From contig NC_068987.1 in NCBI RefSeq assembly GCF_001194135.2, positions 80,563,230 to 80,610,681 of the forward strand: a stretch of DNA of 47,452 nt, given 5' to 3'. The notes under the pieces were generated by a model. That model was given only the letters and a program-made list of their open reading frames with translations. It was not told where the DNA came from and did no database searches. This DNA comes from Octopus bimaculoides. Its lineage: Eukaryota. Both the position numbers and the translations under genes were made by a program. The first letter of the stretch is position 1, and each line of letters begins with the position of its first letter. Positions 24,673 through 35,803 of this stretch are shown piece by piece.

Positions 24673-24770
24673 GTGGCGAGCTGGCAGAATCGTTAGCACT
24701 CCAGGCAAAATGCTTAGCGGTATTTCGGCCGTCTTCATGTTCTGAGTTCAAATTCCGCCGAGGTCCACTT
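24673..24770 (+). mobile_element. SINE family B head fragment
   Basis: gtggcgagctggcagaatcgttagcactccaggc...gttctgagttcaaattccgccgaggtc. Confidence 0.8.
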
Positions 24771-24854
24771 GTATTCTTGTATTCATCTGAAGAAAACGAC
24801 TTTTTATAATAATGCTAGACTGCCTGTGACCCGTTGTGTCACCAATAGTTCAAG

Positions 24855-25319
24855 GTACCCGAAAAAAACGGCCTATCTCAGAAGTCAGTTGTCCGACTTA
24901 CGCGAAACTTGTGTCATTCCGTCTGTATTCGCATTTCAATGGTACCTTGCTTTCAGAGCATTTTTCTCATTATACGCTGGTTTGACTAATCATAAAAGTA
25001 CCCGAAAAAACCGCGTATTTCGGTAACCTGTGATCCGATTTACACGAAACTTGTTTTATTCCGTTTGTATTCAAGTGAGTATCCAATTCATGATGCCTCC
25101 TGCTTTTGTCTCTTTCCTTCTGTTTCGCCAGACGCTCATCTCTCCGAGCGTCCGATTTCTGATATCTCCTGCTTCTGTCTCTTTCCCACTGTTCCGCCAA
25201 ATGCTCAGATCTCGCTTTATCAGTCTCAACGTTCCTTCTATTCGCATGCCTGTCCAGATCTTGGTTAAATATTTCGTAACGGACATGTTCATACTTCGGT
25301 GTGAAATATTTTTTTCCAT
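24855..25319 (-). mobile_element. Possible Helitron/Helentron-related fragment: two 143-bp tandem units plus a 69-nt coding-like repeat
   Basis: gtacccgaaaaaa...cgaaacttg...attccg.tgtattc occurs at 24855 and 24998. The minus frame is open into the gap with a 23-aa repeat (EHLAEQWERDRSRR / ERLAKQKERDKSRR). Confidence 0.4.
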
Positions 25320-26010
25320 NNNNNNNNNNNNNNNNNNNNNNNNNNNNNNNNNNNNNNNNNNNNNNNNNNNNNNNNNNNNNNNNNNNNNNNNNNNNNNNNN
25401 NNNNNNNNNNNNNNNNNNNNNNNNNNNNNNNNNNNNNNNNNNNNNNNNNNNNNNNNNNNNNNNNNNNNNNNNNNNNNNNNNNNNNNNNNNNNNNNNNNNN
25501 NNNNNNNNNNNNNNNNNNNNNNNNNNNNNNNNNNNNNNNNNNNNNNNNNNNNNNNNNNNNNNNNNNNNNNNNNNNNNNNNNNNNNNNNNNNNNNNNNNNN
25601 NNNNNNNNNNNNNNNNNNNNNNNNNNNNNNNNNNNNNNNNNNNNNNNNNNNNNNNNNNNNNNNNNNNNNNNNNNNNNNNNNNNNNNNNNNNNNNNNNNNN
25701 NNNNNNNNNNNNNNNNNNNNNNNNNNNNNNNNNNNNNNNNNNNNNNNNNNNNNNNNNNNNNNNNNNNNNNNNNNNNNNNNNNNNNNNNNNNNNNNNNNNN
25801 NNNNNNNNNNNNNNNNNNNNNNNNNNNNNNNNNNNNNNNNNNNNNNNNNNNNNNNNNNNNNNNNNNNNNNNNNNNNNNNNNNNNNNNNNNNNNNNNNNNN
25901 NNNNNNNNNNNNNNNNNNNNNNNNNNNNNNNNNNNNNNNNNNNNNNNNNNNNNNNNNNNNNNNNNNCACACAAACACACACATTCACGCACCCGCACAAA
26001 TATACATATA

Positions 26011-26214
26011 CAAGGAGGTGCTGAAAAGTTCCTGACAGAACGCTTGACTGGAGGCCCAACATTCCGAGTTCTTTTATAGATATTAGAAAAACTGAAGAAC
26101 CATTGCCAATAAGTGTGCGAATCTGAGAGGGGAATATGTTGAATAAAATCACAATTAACTGATCCTCCTGTATTTTCTTTTACTCGAAGGCAGGAACTTT
26201 TCAGCTCCCCATCG
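26011..26214 (+). mobile_element. Mariner-derived MITE (204 bp), TA-flanked
   Basis: TA|CAAGGAGGTGCTGAAAAGTTCCTG ... CAGGAACTTTTCAGCTCCCCATCG|TA. The interior encodes the transposase C-terminus (KCANLRGEYVE*). Confidence 0.85.
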
Positions 26215-26363
26215 TATGTATGTATGTATGTATGTATGTATGTATGCATGTATGTATGTATGCATGCATGTATGTATGTATGTACGTATATATGCATATA
26301 TGCACATGTATATAAATGTAAATATGTATATGTATTTCTAGCTGCGACCTGTACTAACGCACG

Positions 26364-26456
26364 TTAAACAGTATCTACTCGTTGATACAACGACATATTA
26401 GAAGCTGCAAAGCGACCCATTAGCGCGTTGGTCCAGTACCATGTTCCGCTGGATGC
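26364..26456 (-). CDS. Candidate terminal exon (ASSGTWYWTNALMGRFAASNMSLYQRVDTV*)
   Basis: Strong acceptor ctctttattatctacttgtttttag|G and locally raised GC. No homology recognised. Confidence 0.25.
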   Translation of the reverse strand, partial: ASSGTWYWTNALMGRFAASNMSLYQRVDTV

Positions 26457-27100
26457 CTAAAAACAAGTAGATAATAAAGAGTAAACTCTAGTCTGGTTTG
26501 TTATCAGAAAGGTGAACTACTGGACTAAATAGTGTTAAACATGTGAATGTATTTGCATCGAATCAACTCCACCACGCTAAATAAAACAGTCTCGTTTTAA
26601 ATAATAAATTTGTTCAATTGATATGGAGATGTCTCAGGAAAGATATCAAATCAACCAATTTATAAAAGGTCGGTTTCTTATGAATAGCTTCTTATTACAC
26701 TCTTACGTAAGCTATCACTTAAAATAGCTTGTTTCAATCTGTTTCGAGTGTATTACCATACATATCAGTTTCTATAGAAAAACACGAATATCAGTAACAA
26801 GCGTATTATTGATTGTTGGAATCTAGTTGATAAAAGGAAAGCTTATATGGACGTAGGAACCTTAATGCTACAGCATCTAAAGGTTTATCTCGTTATCACG
26901 CTAACACAAAACTGTGATGGAGTTTTCTGAAAATACCCTTAAACCATAAGTTATTAAGCTTGTTTACTGTATCTAATGCATTGAAACTTACTTATACGTG
27001 GCTGTATTCTACACTTACAGAGCTATAAAAATACAAAATGCATTGTCATCCGGCAGTGCTCGTGTGATACAAATGAACATCTAGAATCCAAGTCGCATGT

Positions 27101-27146
<46 letters not shown>

Positions 27147-27488
27147 GGGAGGAGTTATATTTGTGTGTGTATATATATATATATATAAACAAATAATAAA
27201 TGAGTATATGCATATATACGTACAGGTGTGTGCATACCTATGTCTACCTGTATATATATAGGTGCATATCTGGGTACAGGACATTGCAAACAAAACGTAG
27301 ACAAGAAATAATAATAACCAGAGTACAGAAAACACAAGCCACATAGAGAACATTTTCCTTCATCAGCTACCCCCGTTTTAACACCGGCNNNNNNNNNNNN
27401 NNNNNNNNNNNNNNNNNNNNNNNNNNNNNNNNNNNNNNNNNNNNNNNNNNNNNNNNNNNNNNNNNNNNNNNNNNNNNNNNNNNNNNNT

Positions 27489-27750
27489 TTCGAAGAGTTG
27501 GGCAGGACGCATCGTTAAAACGGCTCTTCCCATGGACCGCAAATTAAATTTGTATACACAAATTAAACCTGTGCCATGGAGGAATGTAGTGGCGGACAAA
27601 AACAAGACAGGAAAACAAACGGAAAAGAAAACAAGACAGGAAAACAAACGGAAAAGGCCATGCGGCAAGACGTGAAAAACTATGTGTATATGAACGCTGT
27701 GAGGCACGAACTTGAAAGTGGGGACGAAGTAAGTTCGCGTGTTTGCTCGG
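27489..27750 (+). mobile_element. Possible LINE 3'-end relic with an internal 30-bp tandem duplication
   Basis: PWRNVVADKN resembles the W..VA.DR..W motif at RTE C-termini. aaaacaagacaggaaaacaaacggaaaag occurs twice. Confidence 0.3.
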
Positions 27751-27824
27751 CAATTATATATATATGGGTTTGCTTTTGAATATATTAAAGTTACGATGGC
27801 TTCACTGAGTATTAGTCACCACGA

Positions 27825-27915
27825 AGATATAGTAGAAGACAGCTGCCCTAGATATCACAGAGTGGAACCGAACTCGAGACCACGTGATTTCAAAGCGAAC
27901 TCCTTAATCACAAAC
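27825..27915 (-). mobile_element. Diverged SINE family A head
   Basis: atagtagaagacagctgcctagatatcacagagtggaaccgaactcgagaccacgtga. Confidence 0.55.
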
Positions 27916-28709
27916 ACATATGCACGAGTATGTACATGTCTGTATAAGTATGTGCGTGTGTGTATATATAAATATATATACACACATACATACACATACA
28001 TACGTACGTAAGTACGTACATACATATGTGTATGTATATATATATATATATATATACATATATGCATATATATATATATATATATATACATCTATATGTA
28101 TGCGTGTATGTAAGTATGTGTGGATGCATGTATGCGTGTGTGTGTGTTAAATTAGATGAATTTGTTTATAGTTAGAAGTATAAGGCAAATTCTTCTAAGG
28201 TCGACTTTGCCTTTTATCGATGAAATAAGTACCGCTATAATCGAAAAGCCCCACTTCAAAAATGTCACGCATTGTGTTTCTTGTAGAAAGAAACTAGTAG
28301 TGTAAGACTGCTTCAGAATTTAATCCTTTATATTAAGGATTTTCCATATTCCCTTATGATTCCTATATACTGAGTTTTGAAGAGTAGCATACCTAAATCC
28401 ATTAGTCTAACATCGTTTCTAAAAGTTCCTTGGATTCATGAACAGAATGAACTAGTAATAATGATGTATTGGTCGCTCAAAATATCATTAGAATAATGCT
28501 ATTAACTGATAAAATGGGCAACACCGAATTTTAAGGCTATACATCGGTTGAATGGTGACAGATTAAACACATACACACACGCGCGCACCCACACACATAC
28601 ACATACATGTGATATATATATATATGAAATGGTACAATACAAACAGAAATAAGCATTAACTAGTTACATAACCATCAATATGAGAAGCATGTGATCGCAG
28701 TCAAATGAG

Positions 28710-28742
<33 letters not shown>

Positions 28743-28794
28743 ATATAATATAATATAATATAATATAATATAATATACACGTGCAGCACCTTGA

Positions 28795-29060
28795 GGAAAC
28801 GATTTCTACGACAGTCCCGAGTCGACTAAAGCTTTGTGAGTGAGTTTGGTAGACGGAAACTGTGTTGAAGCCTGTCGCATAATTATGTATGAGCGTTTGT
28901 GTTAATCCTTACCATCGCTCGACAACCAGTGATCTATTGTTAACGTCCCCGTAAGCTAGCGTTTCGACAAAAGACATTGATAGAATAAGTACCAGGCTAC
29001 AAAAAATAAATATTGTGGTCGATCTTTTTGATTAAAACCCTTCAAGGTGGTGCTACATCA
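28795..29060 (+). mobile_element. SINE family A lacking its head
   Basis: cccgagtcgactaaagctttgtgagtgagtttggtagacggaaactg...gatagaataagtaccaggct...cttcaaggtggtgct. Confidence 0.75.
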
Positions 29061-29216
29061 TATATATATATATATATATATATAAACATGCATACACACA
29101 TACATCCTTACTCCATCCCAGCTGTTGTTTATGCACTGTAATAATTACCAACGAAGGTTTTAAATATATACTTCATTCGCGTTACGCAACGTAAAGCATA
29201 GGTGTGGAATGTAAAT

Positions 29217-29257
<41 letters not shown>

Positions 29258-29279
29258 GAGAGAGAGAGAGTAAAATTTA

Positions 29280-29648
29280 AAAGGAGTGGCTGTGTGGTAA
29301 GTAGCTCGCTTACGAACCACATGGTTCCGGGTCCAGTCTCACTGTGTGGCACCTTGGGCAAGTGTTTTCTACTATAGCCTCGGGCCGACCAAAGCCTTGT
29401 GAGAGGATTTGGTAAACGGAAACTGAAAGAAGCCCGTCGTATATATGTATATGTATGTATGTGTGTGTATATATGTTTGTGTGTCTGTGTTTGTCCCCCC
29501 ACCCAACATCGCTTGACAACCGATGCTGGTGTGTTTACGTCCCCGCCTGCAACCTAGCGGTTCGACAAAAGAGCCGGTAGAATAAGTACTGGGGTCGATT
29601 TGCTTGACTAAAGGCGGTACTCCAGTATGGCCACAGTCAAATGACTAA
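29280..29648 (+). mobile_element. Near full-length SINE family A
   Basis: ggagtggctgtgtggtaagtagc...gtggcaccttgggcaagtg...gaaactgaaagaagcccgtcg...ggccacagtcaaatgact. Confidence 0.92.
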
Positions 29649-29764
29649 TCATTTTTGAAATCTCTCAAATTGTCCTGCTCGCCTACATTCAACATGCTAG
29701 AATAAGAATAGTTTTTTCGTGGTTTTCCCACTTCTAGCGTGTTGGAAAACCACTTACTGGCTTT

Positions 29765-29982
29765 TTCCTTCTCTTTTACTCTTTTACTCTTTTACTTATT
29801 TTAGTCATTTGACTGCGGCCATGCTGGAGCACCGCTTTTAGTCGAGCAAATCGACCCCAGGAATTATTCTTTGGATGCCCAGTTTTGGATGCTAAGTTAC
29901 GGGGACATAAATACACCAGCATCGGTTGTCAAGCGATGTTGGGGGGGACAAACACAGACACACAAACATATACACACACATA
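29765..29982 (-). mobile_element. SINE family A 3' half running into a gap
   Basis: ctcttttactc repeats, agtcatttgactgcggccatgctggagcaccgc...atcggttgtcaagcgatgttgggggggacaaacacagac. Confidence 0.88.
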
Positions 29983-30386
29983 NNNNNNNNNNNNNNNNNN
30001 NNNNNNNNNNNNNNNNNNNNNNNNNNNNNNNNNNNNNNNNNNNNNNNNNNNNNNNNNNNNNNNNNNNNNNNNNNNNNNNNNNNNNNNNNNNNNNNNNNNN
30101 NNNNNNNNNNNNNNNNNNNNNNNNNNNNNNNNNNNNNNNNNNNNNNNNNNNNNNNNNNNNNNNNNNNNNNNNNNNNNNNNNNNNNNNNNNNNNNNNNNNN
30201 NNNNNNNNNNNNNNNNNNNNNNNNNNNNNNNNNNNNNNNNNNNNNNNNNNNNNNNNNNNNNNNNNNNNNNNNNNNNNNNNNNNNNNNNNNNNNNNNNNNN
30301 NNNNNNNNNNNNNNNNNNNNNNNNNNNNNNNNNNNNNNNNNNNNNNNNNNNNNNNNNNNNNNNNNNNNNNNNNNNNNNNNNNNNNN

Positions 30387-30589
30387 TAGCGATTAAGTAC
30401 ATTAATTAATTAATCAATTAATCAATACATTAAACCATCAGCGAGAATTGCTATGGACATATAATTATAAAACTCAAAACATACCGCATCGGACAAGGTA
30501 CACTGCATATTGAGTGTACATCAATGATGAGCCATAGATGGTTTAATGCATTCATTGATTGATTAATTAATTAGTGTATTTAATCGCTA
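30387..30589. mobile_element. MITE-like element with 53-bp imperfect terminal inverted repeats
   Basis: 30387-30439 tagcgattaagtacattaattaattaatcaa...attaaaccatc pairs with 30537-30589 gatggtttaat...ttaattaattagtgtatttaatcgcta, with several mismatches. Confidence 0.6.
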
Positions 30590-30774
30590 AGGACGATACT
30601 TCGAAGTATGGGAATGACTAATCATTTTTGAATTCTTTCAAATTGTCCTGTCCGTCTACATTCAACGTGCTAACATAAGAATTAGTTATTTTTCTTGGTT
30701 TGGGATTCATCTCCTATTTCTAGTGTGTTCGAAAACCACTTAGTGGCTTTTCCTTTCCCTTCGTGTATAATTTG

Positions 30775-30890
<116 letters not shown>

Positions 30891-31828
30891 CATACATATA
30901 CATGGTCTTCTCAGCTTTTAAATGAATCAGTTTAACGATATTTTCGCTGTTAATGCAATAAAGCTAGCATATGGAATTACTTTCGAATTGTAAGCTTTAA
31001 TGCTTTTATCGTATTTTTTTATCATTTACGTGCTATCCTAACTAAATCTTGAGAGAGACAGGATACGCATAACTTCGAAGCGCTGACTCAATAATTCTAT
31101 CTGTAAATTATTTATTGCCGGTAACAGCCGATCCGAGTTTGATTGGTGTAAATGGCGAGATAGTGACAAAGGCGATTTCAGAATAATAGTGACATTCATT
31201 TGTTCAGCTTAGCTGCAATTGTTTGGTAACAGCAGTGCAGATGAGGTAATGTTACTGGAATTTAGTTAGTTGACTACTGAATGTCAATATAAGCGAAGTT
31301 TTAAAATTTTCTTTTGTGCCTCGTTTGATCACAGCAAATCCATTTTAATCGCTGTAAATTCAATAAACATTAGATGCGAGCAACAGTTTAACAATACATA
31401 CCATTTATGCAAACATTATACGCAGATAAAAGCTATGTTATTGTAGAGTCTGACTAGAAAATGTGAGTAAAAGAGAGTCTGACTTGAATATGTGCATATT
31501 ACACAAACAAATGATAAATCTAGCATTTAAAAACATATGAAATAAAGGAGGAAATTACAATGTAGTTAAACTATAACAATGTCGCCAAATAACAATGTTG
31601 TCGTTTACTTTTTGTATGCGGTTTTTTGTGGGTTGTTAAATACCATATAAAATCCCTTGTAATTAACCATGAGTATTTGCAATATTCTCACTAATACGCA
31701 GTTATCATCACATTTTTGTCTTGTGTATGTATATACGTTCTGACAAGCAGTTTGCTAAAACACAGTTGAAACATCCCGCATATCAATTCAAAGTTAAACA
31801 TCGTACTTGTTTGTCAGAGAACATATCC

Positions 31829-32192
31829 TTTTCTACTCTAGGCACAAAGCCCCAAATTTTGTGGGAGGGGCCAATCCATTAGATCGACCCAGTATGCAAC
31901 TGGTACTTAATTTATCGACACCGAAAGGATGAAAAGCAAAGTCGACCTCGGCGGAATTTGAACTCAGAACGTAAAGACAGACGAAATACCGCTAAGCACT
32001 TCGCCCGGCGTGCTAACGTTTCTTATTTCTTTATTGCCCACACGGGGCTAAACATAGAGGGAACAAACAAGAACAGACAAAGTTATTAAGTCGATTACAT
32101 CGACCCCAGTGCGTAACTGGTACTTAATTTATCGACCTCGAAAGGATGAAAGGCAAAGTCGACCTCGACGGAATTTGAACTCAGAACGTAAC
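31829..32192 (-). mobile_element. Head-to-tail dimer of SINE family B, truncated by a gap
   Basis: Two consecutive cores (atcgac.ccgaaaggatgaa..gcaaagtcgacctcg.cggaatttgaactcagaacgt) joined at gctaacgtttcttatttctttattgccc. Confidence 0.88.
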
Positions 32193-32804
32193 NNNNNNNN
32201 NNNNNNNNNNNNNNNNNNNNNNNNNNNNNNNNNNNNNNNNNNNNNNNNNNNNNNNNNNNNNNNNNNNNNNNNNNNNNNNNNNNNNNNNNNNNNNNNNNNN
32301 NNNNNNNNNNNNNNNNNNNNNNNNNNNNNNNNNNNNNNNNNNNNNNNNNNNNNNNNNNNNNNNNNNNNNNNNNNNNNNNNNNNNNNNNNNNNNNNNNNNN
32401 NNNNNNNNNNNNNNNNNNNNNNNNNNNNNNNNNNNNNNNNNNNNNNNNNNNNNNNNNNNNNNNNNNNNNNNNNNNNNNNNNNNNNATATATATGGACGTG
32501 TTATCTCAGGAAAAATACTCTGGTAACTGGTCAATCGACAATGTGCATCTCTTAAGTATTATGCATAGAGGGCTAAAATAATAGCTATTATGACGTAACG
32601 AACACTGGTATCATAATGTTTTTGAGCAAGACTTTTCATCCGAGTTTCGTCCTTAACGATTAAATAGACTAATTAATTCATAAGTATATATATATATATA
32701 TATGTATGTACTGTTTGAAGTGCTGTACATATACTGTGTATTGAGGAGGCAGTCCGGATTTTGGATAATTCTTTTAGCACTAATCTCATTTCATTCTTCT
32801 TAAG

Positions 32805-32835
<31 letters not shown>

Positions 32836-32914
32836 CATACATACATACATACACACACACGCATACATACATGCATGCATACATACATACATACATACAT
32901 NNNNNNNNNNNNNN

Positions 32915-32965
<51 letters not shown>

Positions 32966-32999
32966 ACACACATACACACACACGAACACACATACATGA

Positions 33000-33140
33000 C
33001 GTGCTTCCACACAGCTTCGGTCTCTCAAACTCACTTACTGATCGGCCAAGGACTATAGAAGACACTTGCCCAAGGAATCACATAGTAGGATTGACCCCAA
33101 AACGGTGTGATTTCAAACGACCTTCTTAATCACACAACTG
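33000..33140 (-). mobile_element. Diverged SINE family A 5' half
   Basis: aaactcactt..tcggccaaggactatagaagacacttgcccaagg...cttcttaatcacacaac. Confidence 0.65.
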
Positions 33141-33810
33141 TGGCTGGGTCCACTAATTTAAATGAAATTCGATGAGATGATAATTTAAAAAAAACTAATA
33201 AGCAACTGATGGTAAGAAAATACTGGAGGTGAGGGCCTCATATATTTTGATTAATTCGAGAGATTACCATGGCTTAGATATTATCTATACCATTGATATC
33301 AAAGCTGTGATGGCTGGGATATTTCATAACGCTGTTAGCAAACAGTATCATACTTGAAATATCTTCTATCATATTTAGCAAATGTATGAAATATGTTTAA
33401 GCGTAGTGTTCCTGAGGGGCTGTAATCTTCAAAGGCATTAAAGAGACACGTTTGCAATATCATTAGTAAATCTTATAGGATAAATTGGACAAAATATTAT
33501 TGCTCAGGCCGAATCTAATTCAGTTTGAGTCTCCACTGCGCTACAAACCAATTATAAATATGACTGCTAGGTTACAATAAACGCAGAGCCTCAAGTAACA
33601 AGTGTCTGGTGAAAACGACTCGTGTGTTGAGTGGACAGTAATTACCTGAGGACGCTAGTTAGCTGAGCAGGCAATAATTACTTTGCATGAATACATGTGC
33701 GCAATCACAAGACAGAATCGAAATCGCACACGCACGCGCACACACACACACACACACATAAACTGCCATATACTCACCCCGCCACACACACACATATAAA
33801 AACAGATATA

Positions 33811-33864
<54 letters not shown>

Positions 33865-34076
33865 GACACGTGTGCGTGCATGCACACACACGCGTGCGCG
33901 CATGCACACACACGCGTGCGCGCATGCACACACACGCTGCATAAAGCTTTGGAGACTATACTTGATGGCAGTTTTTCGACAATTCTGGTGCCAATCTCTA
34001 TCGGTTATTGTCTCCCTTGGAGCTGAGAGGAGAGGCTTGGTGCATGGGAAATTTCCGGCCTCCCACAAAACATTAC

Positions 34077-34476
34077 CTTGACGTTCTTCTTGGAGTGTTG
34101 CATTTCAAATGCAAGAAGTCTTGTTTGACAGACACCTTCACGAAGAATAAATTTCGTGACTCAGAAATTGATGTAACTTTTCTAATTTCACTACAGTTTG
34201 TCGTGGAGAAAGAACTCTCGCTTAAGCCAAGAAGGAGTTAAGGCAACATAGTCAGAGCGCTTTCTATTGAACGGATGGATTCGTACTCTGAATGCATCCA
34301 TCAGAGGGAGCTTTCAACTGACTATGGTATTTTTACACCATTTTGTCTTCAGCGAGAGACACAACAGCTTCCTTTATTCCTTTTCCTAGAATATCAGTTT
34401 CGCTCCACGGCAGTCGTTCAATGCTTCGTGATTTCAAGCACCAAGTGAAGCCAATTCTGCTCACGTATTTCCCATA
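34077..34476 (-). other. Candidate 400-nt exon, mostly non-coding, possibly ending in a start ATG (MQHSKKNVK, 34103-34077)
   Basis: Acceptor ttaatttattttcag|T and donor CAAG|gtaatg enclose repeat-free, GC-elevated sequence. No frame is open throughout. Confidence 0.3.
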
Positions 34477-34889
34477 CTGAAAATAAATTAACGTCACATC
34501 AATCTTCTCTTTTCCTTCTAAAATATCAGATCTTGGTATTTTGTCAAAATACTATATTACGAGTTACTTTTAAATAAAAAAAATATGATATAAGGTGTTA
34601 TGATCTATATATGAAATCTATTAACGAAAACATATAACGAACTATAGCATATAATTCAATAAAAATTCAATAAAAATTCGAGATATTCAAATCTTTAAAC
34701 AATTATTTTTTTACACAAAGGAAGCCAGAAAATTGATATTTACTCGAAATTAAATATTCGTTTCTACTCTAAGCACAAGGCCTGGAGGAGAGAAAAGGGA
34801 GGAGTGAACCAAATGATTTTCCTTAGCCTATTCTTAGGTTATGTATGTATTTATACATACATACATATATACATTGTGTGCATAAATGT

Positions 34890-35095
34890 GTACGTATCTT
34901 TGTGTTTGTCCTCATCACCACTTGAAAGCAATGCTGGTTTGTTTACATCCCTGTGACCTAGCGGCTCGGCAGAAAACACGATGGAATAAGTACATGAGAC
35001 AAGCAAACATGAACCAAGGACGATTTGAGTGAGTAAACCCTTCGAGGCAGTGCTCCAGCATGGCCGCGCATCAGTGACTGAAGTAAGTCAAGAGA
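34890..35095 (+). mobile_element. Diverged SINE family A 3' half
   Basis: gtgtttgtcctcatcaccacttga...tagcggctcggcag...ggcagtgctccagcatggccgc..cagtgactgaa. Confidence 0.7.
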
Positions 35096-35467
35096 TGTGT
35101 GCTGTATGTGAGTGCGTGTGTGAGAGAGAAAGAGCGAAAGAGAGAGAGTGTGTGTGTTTGTGTGTGCGTATGTGTGTGTATATGTGAGTATGTGTACGGG
35201 AAAACTTACGTGATTTAATTCTGTTTATATTTCAGACTTTATGTTCTCTACGTATTAGAACGCCAAAGCTATGTTATAACAACACTTAGAGCAAATCTTA
35301 ATTTTTATATACAACCATACTTTTTATGATGTATGTCATATAAACTTCTTTTCCTCATAAACTGTCAGCGTATGCCAGTAATAGTTAGTGTATTAGTATT
35401 AGATATAAATGAGAGTGTGTCTAGTGCTTACTGTGAAATATCCATTAGCAACGGAAAATATTTTTAG

Positions 35468-35557
35468 ATTTCCTCGAAATGATACAAGCATGCGTTTACA
35501 TTCTGATGAAACGACTCAATATTCACGTCAAGTTCTGAGAAGAGGAAATTGCCGAAG
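35468..35557 (+). CDS. Candidate 90-nt symmetric exon (FPRNDTSMRLHSDETTQYSRQVLRRGNCR)
   Basis: atatttttag| acceptor, AAG|gtatgt donor, single open frame with phase 2-2 boundaries. Confidence 0.25.
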
Positions 35558-35674
35558 GTATGTCGGTGTTATCTTAACTCTAATCTACTGCAATCCTATG
35601 TCAAAATGAAGTTACTTGAAAAGTGGAATAATTCTTGAAGATGACGGTTCAATAGAGAATCTTATTTAATTAAA

Positions 35675-35728
35675 AAAACAACAACAACAATAATAATGAT
35701 GATGGTAATAATAATAATAATAATAATG

Positions 35729-35792
<64 letters not shown>

Positions 35793-35803
35793 TAATAATA
35801 ATA
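35675..35803. repeat. (AAC)n/(AAT)n microsatellite
   Basis: Direct reading. Confidence 0.92.
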
